Shown here piece after piece: positions 47,023 to 57,420 of a DNA stretch of 61,108 nt. Source of the stretch: a virus (Duplodnaviria; Caudoviricetes). The translations under genes were made by a program, and so were the position numbers. The notes under the pieces were generated by a model, which ran no database searches, was not told the DNA's origin, and saw nothing but the letters and a program-made list of their open reading frames with translations. Positions within the stretch are counted from its first letter, which is position 1. Every line of letters begins with the position of its first letter. The stretch lies in IMG/VR virus record IMGVR_UViG_3300031949_000741, positions 1 through 61,108 of that record; one strand, written 5' to 3'.

Positions 47023-49476
47023 ATGAGAAAAGTAAGGATAAAATCACTACCATACGCTCAGGGAGGAGACTCCCCTCAGGATGATACTATAAGCACCCGT
47101 AGATATATCAAACCAGCACCACGGGACAAGAGCTCTCTTGAAGCTGAAAAGGGAGAAGTCGTAATTACTGATATCAATAAAGACGGTATCACAGAAAGCT
47201 TCCTCGTAGGTGGACAGAGACACTCTAACGGAGGTACCCCACTCTCTCTACCGGACAACTCTTTTATATTCTCCAGGGATAAGAAGTTAAAGATAAAAGA
47301 TGAGGGGATCCTCACGGAGTTCGGGAAGAAGCCTCTTAAGAAAGGTTATACACCGGCAGACCTGGCTAAGAAGTATGATCTGGCTAAGTACAGGAGAGTA
47401 TTCTCTGATCCTGACTCAGATGATATTCAGAGGAATACTGCCAAAATAATGATAGAGAACTACAACATGAAACTCGCTAAGCTAGCCTTAGCCCAAGAGT
47501 CCATGAAGGGTTTTCCACAAGATATACCTGCTATAGCACTACCCTACCTGGCAGTTAATAATATTGATCCCTCAGAGCTCATATCGGGTAAGAAAAGACC
47601 TCAAGCCGGTCAGGGAAATATGTATCAGCAAGGCGGAGAATCTATGATAACACCTCTCACTCCTATGGAAACAGAGGAAGCACCTATATCCATTAACCCG
47701 TTTCACACACAGATATATGTTCCTAATCAGTCAGCTACTACCAGTAAGCAGACATACACTAAGTCAGCACTACCCGAAGGAGCAGTAGTGAAGGACTACT
47801 CATCTTCAGATCTTAAGACAGGAGATTATATAAAAACCCCTGAGGGTAAATACAGAAAAGTAGTAGGCTTTAAGACTAATCTCACAGGATCCAGGTCAGG
47901 CCCTGAAGGCTATCATGAGTTCTATGGTTCCAACGTTGAGGATGATGTAAAGAAGGCTAACTCAGTACTGGAAAGACTCTCGGAGAAACCAGGATCAGGA
48001 ATTACTTATAACAAACGCACAGGTAAATATGACATAACAGGTGCTGCCAAGAAGAATCTTCCTCTTAGTGATCAGGTGCTCTTAACAAGGGTATCCAGTT
48101 ATAATGAGGCTACTGCTGAAGGAAAGACTCTGGGGGCTTCTAAATACGGATTTAAGGTAGGCAGTCAGAACTATCAGGGTACTAAGCTGGGTTTTGTAGG
48201 ATGGGTAACTCCCGAGCTTGTGGAATATCAGTACTGGAGTGCCAACAATCCGGGAAAAGATGTGAAGGAGTTTGAGTCACTTCCACAGGAGCAGAAGCTG
48301 GATAACCGCAGGAAGTATCTTTCCTACCTGGGGTATGATCCTAATAGCAGGGAACTTGTTGATAAGATAGACAAACCCGAGGACCTCTATACCCCACAGT
48401 TTGTGGGATCCAGTAAAGAACGTAGAGAAGGAACCTTAGTAGACAGAGTACAGAAGACCTTCCCTAAGGAGATGTTCCGCCCTATACATGAAGATGACTA
48501 TGTATTCGGCACAGAGCATGCTGACTTCTATAAGTTTAGTAAGCAGGCAGAATTCCAGGATGTAAAAGAGTCTCCGGCCGACATGGTGTGGATATGCCAA
48601 GATGGTAATGTATCATCTATACCTAAGAGTCAAGCCTCAGGAACAAGCTATATGAGCAAGGCCGCTGCTATTGCAGCATGCCAGGGACCTATAGCCGCCC
48701 AGAAGGCAGCACCTCCCTCAGAGTGGTGGGCACAGGATATAATTAAGTCAGCAGGAGCCTTCTCAGATCTCAACAGAGTAAAGAAGTATACTCCTTGGGC
48801 AGCTCCCTTTGAACCCGAGCTTGGAGAACCTACATTCTATGACCCCACAAGAGAACTGGCAGCTAATGCTGAGCAGACTAATATAGGAGCTCAGGCAGCC
48901 AGTACTTTTGCGGGACCCCAGTCATTCAATGCCCGCTTTAAGCAAATGCAGGGACAGAGTGCTAAGAATGCTGCAGATATCATGGCCAGGTACAATAATC
49001 TAAATGTCGGAGTAGCTAACCAGTTTGCTATGCAGAATGCCATGAGTATGAGTGAGGCTAACAAGATCAACCGTGACATCTCACAGGATCAGTATGATAA
49101 GATGACCATAGCCAACCAGCAGTTTGATAATGCTAAAGCTATGGCCCGTCAGAACCTCCGGCAGTCTTACATAGATGCTGTAACCAACAGAGCTAATGCA
49201 CAGGTGCTCAATACTCTCTACCCTCAGTATAACATCTCTCCGATAACAGGAGGTATGATGCGCTTTACTAAAGGGAGACCTCTTGCTCCTACAACACCTC
49301 AGCAGAAGGATGTTATGCAGTTAGCCAGTGATTACATGAGGACTAATCCCGGCTTTCAGCCTCAGCAATACTTTGATGCAGCTAAGCTGGCAGCAGGAGT
49401 GCAGACCCCAGGGTATGGTTATATGCCAGATCCCAACTTCCTGCAGTCCTATCAGAATACAATACCGGGAGAATAA
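47023..49476 (+). CDS. Virion cargo/ejection protein
   Basis: LEAEKGEV...GQRHSNGG.......FIFS N-terminus and Ala/Asn/Gln-rich helical C-terminus. Confidence 0.65.
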   Translation: MRKVRIKSLPYAQGGDSPQDDTISTRRYIKPAPRDKSSLEAEKGEVVITDINKDGITESFLVGGQRHSNGGTPLSLPDNSFIFSRDKKLKIKDEGILTEFGKKPLKKGYTPADLAKKYDLAKYRRVFSDPDSDDIQRNTAKIMIENYNMKLAKLALAQESMKGFPQDIPAIALPYLAVNNIDPSELISGKKRPQAGQGNMYQQGGESMITPLTPMETEEAPISINPFHTQIYVPNQSATTSKQTYTKSALPEGAVVKDYSSSDLKTGDYIKTPEGKYRKVVGFKTNLTGSRSGPEGYHEFYGSNVEDDVKKANSVLERLSEKPGSGITYNKRTGKYDITGAAKKNLPLSDQVLLTRVSSYNEATAEGKTLGASKYGFKVGSQNYQGTKLGFVGWVTPELVEYQYWSANNPGKDVKEFESLPQEQKLDNRRKYLSYLGYDPNSRELVDKIDKPEDLYTPQFVGSSKERREGTLVDRVQKTFPKEMFRPIHEDDYVFGTEHADFYKFSKQAEFQDVKESPADMVWICQDGNVSSIPKSQASGTSYMSKAAAIAACQGPIAAQKAAPPSEWWAQDIIKSAGAFSDLNRVKKYTPWAAPFEPELGEPTFYDPTRELAANAEQTNIGAQAASTFAGPQSFNARFKQMQGQSAKNAADIMARYNNLNVGVANQFAMQNAMSMSEANKINRDISQDQYDKMTIANQQFDNAKAMARQNLRQSYIDAVTNRANAQVLNTLYPQYNISPITGGMMRFTKGRPLAPTTPQQKDVMQLASDYMRTNPGFQPQQYFDAAKLAAGVQTPGYGYMPDPNFLQSYQNTIPGE

Positions 49477-49543
49477 ACCGATGAAGTTTAAACAGTACAG
49501 ATATATATATTTTGAGTACATTTGAATACTCTATCAGGCTTAC

Positions 49544-50320
49544 ATGAAAACATTACCACTTACAAAAGGACTAGTTGCTCTGGTTGATGATGATGACTAC
49601 TACTGGTTAAGTCAGTGGAATTGGTTTGTGTCAGGGAAGGAAAGATTACACTACGCTAGTAGGAGTAAGAAAAAGACACCGATGAGGTCAGGAATTAAGT
49701 ACGAAACTCTGCTACACAGAATAGTAATGAGATGTACTGATCCGGGACTAGTCGTAGATCACATAGATCACAACACCCTGAACTGTCAGAAGCATAACCT
49801 TAGAATATGTACGAAGGCTGAGAACAATAGGAATCTTAGTCCCAGATCTAATACTGTGTCTAAATACCTAGGAGTAACTTATTGCACAGATAAGCACCGG
49901 AAATTAAGGTGGAAAGCTCAAGTAGCGTATAATGGAGAAAGAGTATTTGGCAAGAGGTTTATGACCGAGGAGGAAGCAGCCAGAGCTTACGATGTAGCTG
50001 CACTTTACTACTTTAAAGAATTTGCTAACCTCAACTTTAAGAATGATATCGACAGACCCCATCTAGATGAAATACTAAGCGTTAGACATCCACAGACAAT
50101 GTCAGAGGAACATAAGAAGATGTTAGCTCAATCGAGAGCTCACATAGACTTTACTAAGTTGCATAGGGATAAAAGAGGTAAAAGAGTAGTTAACTCTATA
50201 ACAGGAGAAGTGTATACATCTTTAGCAGAAGCAGCTGAAATTCTAGGCACAACCAAATCGATGCTGAGTTCTAGACTTTTGGGTAAGAGACCAAACCGGA
50301 CTAACCTCATATACTTATAG
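49544..50320 (+). CDS. HNH homing endonuclease with AP2 and NUMOD1-like domains
   Basis: ALVDDDD, LHR, VDHIDHNTLNCQKHNLR.CT..EN; SKYLGV...W.AQ...EEEAARAYD.AA...F..FA.LNF; YTSLAEAAE. Confidence 0.92.
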   Translation: MKTLPLTKGLVALVDDDDYYWLSQWNWFVSGKERLHYASRSKKKTPMRSGIKYETLLHRIVMRCTDPGLVVDHIDHNTLNCQKHNLRICTKAENNRNLSPRSNTVSKYLGVTYCTDKHRKLRWKAQVAYNGERVFGKRFMTEEEAARAYDVAALYYFKEFANLNFKNDIDRPHLDEILSVRHPQTMSEEHKKMLAQSRAHIDFTKLHRDKRGKRVVNSITGEVYTSLAEAAEILGTTKSMLSSRLLGKRPNRTNLIYL

Positions 50321-50321
50321 C

Positions 50322-53285
50322 ATGGCTACATATCTCCCTGGTTTGACGGAGTTTATACCTCAAATTCGGCCCTTTTCCCCCGATCTGAACTTCTATGCTA
50401 ATGCCCTACAGACCAAGCAGTCTCAGTATGATGCGGCACACAAGGAGCTAAGTAGTGTCTATGGTAGTCTCCTGAGTTCTCCTATGCTAAGAGAGTCAAA
50501 TATTAACCGCAGAGATGAGTTCTTCAAGGTTATAGATACAGACCTTAAGAAGATAGCAGGAATGGACTTATCCCTTCCGGAGAATATAAACACAGCCATG
50601 AATCTCTTCAGACCCTTCTACGAGGATCAAAACATGGTTAAGGACATGATATGGACTAAGAACTACCAGAAGGAACTTCAGAGAGGAGAGAACTTCCGGT
50701 CCTGTGTTGATCCTAATAAGTGTGGAGGACAGTACTGGGAAGGTGGGATAAGAGCCCTTAATTATAAGGCAGACGAGTTCCGGAAAGTCTCTGACCAGGA
50801 GGCTCTGAGCTTTGGGAATACAAGATTTACACCCTTTGTTAATGTTACTGAAAAAGCTATGAAGGCTGCTAAGGAAGCAGGCTTCAATGTAAAGGTAGAT
50901 CAGCTCAAGGGAGGATATATAGTAACTACTAAGAATGGTCAGCTTCTGGAAGCTCCCCTGCAGTCTTTCTTCACAAGTCTCTTTGGATCCGACCAGGCTG
51001 TCATGGATATGTTCAAGACCCAGGCCTATCTCAACCGGAAGGACTTCGTAGCATCTAATCAGTATAACTTTGGAAGTGAGACTGCAGCAGAGGAAGCTTA
51101 TGTACAGTCCTTCATGAACCAGGCAGTTCCTACACAACAGACAGAACATAAAGAAGTATCTGATACACATGACTCACTTCTTACCCGGAAGCAGGCTCTC
51201 GATATCAAGATATCACAGGAGGGAGTACTTCTAAATAGCCAGGATCACAGGGAGTATCTGGATCTTCAGAGTCAGCTGGAAGCTGCAGGAGCCACTAAAG
51301 AGTTTTATGATCAGGGATCCTACTTACTTAAGTCTACAAGTAACAACACAGATATAAGTGCTATGCGCGACAGCATAGATGGTATGGTAGCACTCTCACT
51401 CTTCTCGGGAGAGATGAAGAATGCTGCACAGACCTTTGCTTACAGGGACTACGAGAAGACTATGAGACCTGATGCATTTGCACTAGCTAGTCATTCCTCA
51501 AAGCTTTCTCTGAACAACTCTCTTACTCTTAAGCAGGCAGATTATGAGTACTGGATGAAGAAGGAAGATTACAAGCAAAATGTAGAGGACATCAAGCGTA
51601 GAGGAGGCTCTGAGTTTAATCTTATGGATCCTCTCTTTAATATTATAGGAACGGCTACTCCTGAGCAAGAGCAGGAACAGGCTTTATCAGTTAACCAGGC
51701 CTTCAGAAACCGTCTGACAGGAGAGAGGGCTGATAGTAAGCAGAGATTTCTCATGGAGATGGCTACATCTATGGCTGATGCTTATTCAACCGCATCTGCT
51801 TCTGAGCAAAAACTTATCTTATCATCCCTGGATACGATTCTCAAAGGAACAGGTCTTGATTCAAGACAGGTAGTAAGTGGAGATATGATAGCTCTTCTTA
51901 ACAACATACCCCGCTCCAGTCGCAGCAACAGAGTAGATGTCAACACTATCTATGAAAGAGCCCTGTCTGTATCAGATCCGAATAACTCTACATGGGCCGT
52001 TAATAAGTTCTGGTCAGAGTCTTTCTGGAACCAGACCACAGACATGAGGTCGGACGTAACTAATGCTGATAAGGTACTTAGTACCTTCAACAGCTTTTAC
52101 AAGATGAATGCTGATAATGCCATTACTGAGATGCGCAAATCACAGTATTATGGAGGAGATGCTAAAGATCTGGGGATGCTCACTTATCTGACAGACAGAC
52201 ACGGAAAGCTCATGGATAAAGAGGAGTTTGCCCGTAGAGCTGCGGATAACATGCATCAGGACTTCAGACCTGGTAAGAAAGTTCTGGGTGATATCTACAT
52301 AGATGTAAAGGAGGGAGAAATCCCCGTATCAGAGAACCCTGCCCATAGGGCAGCTAGAACTGAGGGTTACAGAACATCACGTGAAGCTGCTTACCAATAT
52401 GCTCTGGATCATTACGACGAGTACAAGGAAAACTATCAAGCTGCTTACAAAGTTGCAGGAAGGCCTTTCAACGGCACAGCTGCTTTGGGAAATGCAGGAG
52501 GAGGAGCTGCTACAGCGGCACATGGGGGTAAGGTAGATCCTTATATGTACTCCTCAGATAATTACCTGAGAGTTAACAGCTTTCTAAAGAATTATCAGAA
52601 TGTCTCCGGAGCAGAGGGAGTACAGGTGAGATTCTCAGATGATAAAGGAGTACCTATACCGGATGTAGTAGAGGAGCTCTCAGAGAAGGCTTCAAGTATA
52701 GTTAACCAGCTTATATCAGATCAGTCTAAGTCATATAAGGAGACCGACAAAGGCAGACCTACCTACAGATTTATGTACCAGAACATAGTAGATAATGACC
52801 AAAATAAGACAGCACTTACTATATACCCTGATCAACAGTGGCTGGATAAGTACAAAGGTTCCAAAGCGAGTCCAGGGCTCACCTGGGGTATGGATGTCAG
52901 TAAGGGCCTCACTATAGTTCTGCCTGCTGACCAGGCTAATAATGAGATGCGTCAGTTCTCCGACTTTGACGGATACGACTTCATGTTGGAGCAGATGGGT
53001 AAGATGGATATCACTGAATACTCTGATAAGGCAGGAGCTGTGAGTATAGTCAACAAAGGAGGTTCCTACTACGCTACAGGAAATATTAAAGAGTACGATC
53101 CCCAAACAGGACAACTCATATCCAGACCTCTCAACATGCCTATTGGAGGAGCCTTTGATGCGAGTTCTGCATACAGACAGATTCAGTCTATGCTCTCTGA
53201 CCAATACCAAGCTAATCTCCAGGCAGAAGCAGTCCTTAAACAACTCTATGGAGTAAAGGATCCAGCGAAGTTAAATCCTCAGTAA
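50322..53285 (+). CDS. Large virion cargo/ejection protein
   Basis: 987-aa helical protein in the cargo block. Confidence 0.6.
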   Translation: MATYLPGLTEFIPQIRPFSPDLNFYANALQTKQSQYDAAHKELSSVYGSLLSSPMLRESNINRRDEFFKVIDTDLKKIAGMDLSLPENINTAMNLFRPFYEDQNMVKDMIWTKNYQKELQRGENFRSCVDPNKCGGQYWEGGIRALNYKADEFRKVSDQEALSFGNTRFTPFVNVTEKAMKAAKEAGFNVKVDQLKGGYIVTTKNGQLLEAPLQSFFTSLFGSDQAVMDMFKTQAYLNRKDFVASNQYNFGSETAAEEAYVQSFMNQAVPTQQTEHKEVSDTHDSLLTRKQALDIKISQEGVLLNSQDHREYLDLQSQLEAAGATKEFYDQGSYLLKSTSNNTDISAMRDSIDGMVALSLFSGEMKNAAQTFAYRDYEKTMRPDAFALASHSSKLSLNNSLTLKQADYEYWMKKEDYKQNVEDIKRRGGSEFNLMDPLFNIIGTATPEQEQEQALSVNQAFRNRLTGERADSKQRFLMEMATSMADAYSTASASEQKLILSSLDTILKGTGLDSRQVVSGDMIALLNNIPRSSRSNRVDVNTIYERALSVSDPNNSTWAVNKFWSESFWNQTTDMRSDVTNADKVLSTFNSFYKMNADNAITEMRKSQYYGGDAKDLGMLTYLTDRHGKLMDKEEFARRAADNMHQDFRPGKKVLGDIYIDVKEGEIPVSENPAHRAARTEGYRTSREAAYQYALDHYDEYKENYQAAYKVAGRPFNGTAALGNAGGGAATAAHGGKVDPYMYSSDNYLRVNSFLKNYQNVSGAEGVQVRFSDDKGVPIPDVVEELSEKASSIVNQLISDQSKSYKETDKGRPTYRFMYQNIVDNDQNKTALTIYPDQQWLDKYKGSKASPGLTWGMDVSKGLTIVLPADQANNEMRQFSDFDGYDFMLEQMGKMDITEYSDKAGAVSIVNKGGSYYATGNIKEYDPQTGQLISRPLNMPIGGAFDASSAYRQIQSMLSDQYQANLQAEAVLKQLYGVKDPAKLNPQ

Positions 53286-53286
53286 T

Positions 53287-56200
53287 ATGGCCGGAGAGAA
53301 GAACCAGTACCTCAACTCCGGTGTAGTTCCCTCTGAGCCCTTTAAGGGTACAGAAGTGGACGTCAACCTCTTTCCTGTTACAAGTAGGTTTAACATCCCT
53401 ATAACTGATCCTGTACCTACCGGTAGTAATCCTAATAGCGGAACTTTTAATCCCTTAGTACAAAGCCAGCAGAATGCTCAAAAGTTAAGAGGGAGCATCC
53501 AGAACCTCTCAGCTCTGGCTCCCGACCCGATGAAGTATGGTAAGATCTTCTCCTATGGAGCAGACTATTCCCATCAGAACTTCGAGAGATATTATCAGCA
53601 TCCTAAGTTCGACAAGTTAGGATTCTCTCCATGGAGAGATAACGAGTCTGTCTATAATACCAACTCCAGCTGGATAAGTGATATGGCCCGGGCTATGGGA
53701 CAGTTTCCAAGTCTCGTGGCTACGGGATTCAAGAGTGCTATATCTTCCTGGGGAGATATACTCACTGGTCAGCCTACCCGACCTGATCTTAAATCAGCAC
53801 AGGAGTTTGACAAAGTTATGTCTGTAGGTATGTCTACACGTGGAGGCGTAGGAGGATTTACTACTAACCTCTTTCTGAACTCCGGGTATACTTTCGGTAT
53901 AATGGGAGAGCTCATTACAGAAGAACTACTAATGACAGCCCTGGCACCTGTAACAGGAGGATCAAGCCTCGTAGCAGGAGGAGCACGGGCAACCAGCGCC
54001 TTTAGTAAGTTAGGTCACTTCACTCAGGGTATTAAGGGAACATGGCAAGCCTTCAAGGGTATACAGGAAGCAGGAGCTGCAAGACAGTTCTGGGAAGCAT
54101 CCAAATCTCTAGGTAAGGCTGTGATGCCTTTTGATCGTACAGGAGCTTATCTCTCAGGACTAGCTAAAGCTGATAACCTTCTGGATTACGCCAGGAGAAA
54201 CTCAGCCTTTGGATCTTTCTACAGAGACGTACGTGATATCAACTTTGCACTGGCTGAAGGTAAGCTCGAAGGAGGAATGGTACAGCTCGAGACTGACCGG
54301 ACACTTACAGAAGAGTTCTATAAGAAGAACGGCAGAATGCCTAATGATAAGGAAGCACAGGCTATAGCAGAGACTTCTCATAGTGCAGCATATGCTACTA
54401 CCATAGCTAATCTCCCGACTATATACTACACCAACAGGATAACCTTCGACGCTCTGTTCAGAGGCTTTCAACCTCTAGGTAAGATATCAGATGATATAGT
54501 AGATGCTGCGGGTAACAAGATCAGGTTTAGTAAGAGAGCTGCGGCAGATGCCAAAGATCCCTTTTCGGTAGTAGACAGATCTCTAAGAACCACTATTACT
54601 ACTGCACCCAGAATATTCAGCAAGTCCGGAATGAACTACTTCCGTGCAAATCTCGCAGAAGGTCTTCAGGAGACTTCACAGGAAGTTATCTCAGGAGCCG
54701 CAAAAGACTATTACACCAACCTGTATAGAGATCCCTCCAAGAGCGGAGCAGATCATATTATGGCCTCTGTGTATTCTAATATGGGTAAGCAGTTCAGTGC
54801 CCAGGGCTTCGACACATTTGCTTCAGGATTCCTCATGGGAGGACTCGTCCAACCCATAACCCGTCTGCCTAAGTGGGCAACCGTGAGTTATAGCAAGTAC
54901 TTTAAACCTGATCAGTATAATGAGTACAAAAAGAAGAAGGCAGAGTACACCGGTAACCTGGTAACTACTCTGAATAGTCTCTATAAGGACCCGCTTAAAT
55001 ACTTCGCCCCTGATATAGTTAACCTGGCTACACAAGCTAATAATGCAAAAGCTTCACAGGAAGCTATGGAGAGAGGGGATCAGAAGTCCTTCCAGGATCT
55101 GAAGGATGCTTCAGTATATCAACATATCTACACTGCACTGAGAACAGGTACCTATGACGTATTTCTGGACAGACTCCGTGGAGTTAGAGAGATGGACCCG
55201 GAGACTCTTAAAGAAGCATTTCAGATAGAGGATCCCGAGAAAGTATCTTCGACTATAGATCAGGTAGTGAGCCGTGCTGAGGGAATAAAGAACCGGTATA
55301 ATCTTCTCAAGACTAAGTTCCCAAATCCCTTCGATCCTAAGAGGTACAAGGGAGGTACTCCTGAGTATAATAGTGAAGCTATATCCTGGTCAGCTTTTGA
55401 GACTGCCCGGAATAATGCAGTCTTTATGGGACACTCCTTTGACAGGACAGTAGAGAGAATGAAGTCTATCACAGAGGATCTTATCTCTAACAAACCTCTG
55501 GAGAAAGTTTCTTCTACGGACTTTGGAATGATGCTTGATCCCGGTGGACTTTTAACAGAGCTTTCAACTCTTGAGCAAGAGATTAAAGCCTTTAAAGACT
55601 CTACTACTGCTGAGGGTAAAAAGCTTCTTAAGGATAAGCAGAAGAAGTTATCAAGTCTCTCAGCTTTTGCAGAAGCTCTGGATCACTATAGAAGTACCCT
55701 GACCAACGAAGAAATACTTAAGCAACTAAAGAAGGAAGATCTTCCCGAGAGTATCTCTCCTGAGTTTCTCAGAGAAGAACAGGTTAAAGATCAGGAGGAA
55801 GCTCTCAGGAAGCTAGACAAGGCTTACAAGACGCACCTTAATTATCTGGCTAAGGTTAGTGACAGTTTTAAGTTTAACGAAAAGATAGATGACTCTTTTG
55901 TTAAGCTCAGGGACTTCTATGAGCTTAACCAGGATGCACATAACCTTTCGGAGGCGGTCAATCTCTTACATGATCCTAAAGGCTTCTCAGAGCATGTTAG
56001 CAGGACTACAGAGTGGATGAGACAGATGTACGACAACAAGGAGGAGACTATACTTAAAGGCCAGGAGGAAATGAATAAGGTAAGGGAGACCAACGCTCTT
56101 ATCAACCGGCTTATGGATAAGGGGATAGTCTTTGATGCGGAGTCCCTTGAGCAGTACCAGAAGTCAGGAGTTATGCCTGAGGAGTTCTATGATACTGTAA

Positions 56201-57420
56201 ACAGGATCCCTGTTATGAGAGGCACTGATAAGTATGAAGAAGTAGCGGACATCATAAAAGATCATGAGAAGGCTGTATCAGAAGAGCCTATTAAAGAGGA
56301 GACTCCTGAGGATATCACTCCTGCAGAAGAACCCGAAGAAACTATTGTTACTCCTGAAGAAGAGGAAGAAGAGCTACTCCGCCTGAAACCCCGGGACACC
56401 TCTAAGATGCCTACAGATCTTTTGCAGAGACTCAAAGAAGCTCATACAGTAGAGTCTGTCAGACGTGAGAGGGAAGGAGATCCTTCTATAGGCTTTGAGT
56501 CATGGGTCAAAGTTTCTGTCAAAGCAGGACAGATCATTGAAGATTATGAGAGACGAAAAGCTAAGATCACACCCAAGCCCGAAGCTGTAGCTACTGAGGA
56601 GATTCCCAGACCCCCTGTTGCCCCGGAAGCACCAGAGGTGCTAATGACAGTACCTATAACCTCTCTTGTTCCTACAGAGCCGGAGCAGGAGAAAGATCTT
56701 TCCCTGGTGGAAGATATTACAGAGGCTATCCTTAAGGGAGAAACCATACCTCCCATAAAAGTCAGAAAAGCCGGTGACAAGTATGAGATTATAGATGGTC
56801 ACCATCGTTATCTTGCATATCAGCAGGCTCAGGTAGATAATGTTCCTGTAAGAATCCTTTTACCTGAGGAACTTACACAGTATACTAAAGTACATCGTCT
56901 GCTAGAGAAGGCCAGGACTCAGAAAGACCTGGATGATGTAGAGAACAAACTTGCAGAGATGATTAGTACAGGAGAAGTAGATATACCTGCTTCAGAGCTT
57001 GACCAGATGCTTACACAGGCCAGGAATCAGCTCGTGAGGAACATCACTATAAAAGATATTAAGAAAGGAGATATTCTCCTGCTTAAGGATCCCTCTATGA
57101 GGAAAGTTAAAGTAACTTCGCGTAGTAATACAGAGATACAAGTCCGGAGACTGGGACAAGAGACAGGAGCAGTACGCATCATACCTGCAGACAAGATTAA
57201 GGAGCAGGTAGAACTTAAATACGAACCAGGTATGAAGCCAGAACTTATTAGTAAGCCTCCAACTGCTCAAGAGACGGAGATAGCCAGACAGAATATGGAA
57301 CTTCAGAAGAAGTCTGAGGGGGATGTCGAAAGAACCAAGAGAATACTGGATGAGAACAAGAACCGCTCCCAGAAGGACATAGATGATGAATTTGATAACA
57401 GTCTTGGATGTAAGAAATGA
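53287..57420 (+). CDS. Large virion cargo protein with hydrophobic segments and a ParB/Srx-like domain
   Basis: AEGLQE and GFLMGG segments; PPIKV......YEIIDGHHRY.A......VPV near 56640-56860. Confidence 0.7.
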   Translation: MAGEKNQYLNSGVVPSEPFKGTEVDVNLFPVTSRFNIPITDPVPTGSNPNSGTFNPLVQSQQNAQKLRGSIQNLSALAPDPMKYGKIFSYGADYSHQNFERYYQHPKFDKLGFSPWRDNESVYNTNSSWISDMARAMGQFPSLVATGFKSAISSWGDILTGQPTRPDLKSAQEFDKVMSVGMSTRGGVGGFTTNLFLNSGYTFGIMGELITEELLMTALAPVTGGSSLVAGGARATSAFSKLGHFTQGIKGTWQAFKGIQEAGAARQFWEASKSLGKAVMPFDRTGAYLSGLAKADNLLDYARRNSAFGSFYRDVRDINFALAEGKLEGGMVQLETDRTLTEEFYKKNGRMPNDKEAQAIAETSHSAAYATTIANLPTIYYTNRITFDALFRGFQPLGKISDDIVDAAGNKIRFSKRAAADAKDPFSVVDRSLRTTITTAPRIFSKSGMNYFRANLAEGLQETSQEVISGAAKDYYTNLYRDPSKSGADHIMASVYSNMGKQFSAQGFDTFASGFLMGGLVQPITRLPKWATVSYSKYFKPDQYNEYKKKKAEYTGNLVTTLNSLYKDPLKYFAPDIVNLATQANNAKASQEAMERGDQKSFQDLKDASVYQHIYTALRTGTYDVFLDRLRGVREMDPETLKEAFQIEDPEKVSSTIDQVVSRAEGIKNRYNLLKTKFPNPFDPKRYKGGTPEYNSEAISWSAFETARNNAVFMGHSFDRTVERMKSITEDLISNKPLEKVSSTDFGMMLDPGGLLTELSTLEQEIKAFKDSTTAEGKKLLKDKQKKLSSLSAFAEALDHYRSTLTNEEILKQLKKEDLPESISPEFLREEQVKDQEEALRKLDKAYKTHLNYLAKVSDSFKFNEKIDDSFVKLRDFYELNQDAHNLSEAVNLLHDPKGFSEHVSRTTEWMRQMYDNKEETILKGQEEMNKVRETNALINRLMDKGIVFDAESLEQYQKSGVMPEEFYDTVNRIPVMRGTDKYEEVADIIKDHEKAVSEEPIKEETPEDITPAEEPEETIVTPEEEEEELLRLKPRDTSKMPTDLLQRLKEAHTVESVRREREGDPSIGFESWVKVSVKAGQIIEDYERRKAKITPKPEAVATEEIPRPPVAPEAPEVLMTVPITSLVPTEPEQEKDLSLVEDITEAILKGETIPPIKVRKAGDKYEIIDGHHRYLAYQQAQVDNVPVRILLPEELTQYTKVHRLLEKARTQKDLDDVENKLAEMISTGEVDIPASELDQMLTQARNQLVRNITIKDIKKGDILLLKDPSMRKVKVTSRSNTEIQVRRLGQETGAVRIIPADKIKEQVELKYEPGMKPELISKPPTAQETEIARQNMELQKKSEGDVERTKRILDENKNRSQKDIDDEFDNSLGCKK

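Noticed and set aside
20225-57420. Stop-codon reassignment, as in some crAss-like phages; TAG-ATG in-frame junctions at 26559-26564 and 32957-32962
   Set aside because: Core genes are full length in the standard code, TAG and TGA end genes at sensible boundaries, and no suppressor tRNA was seen
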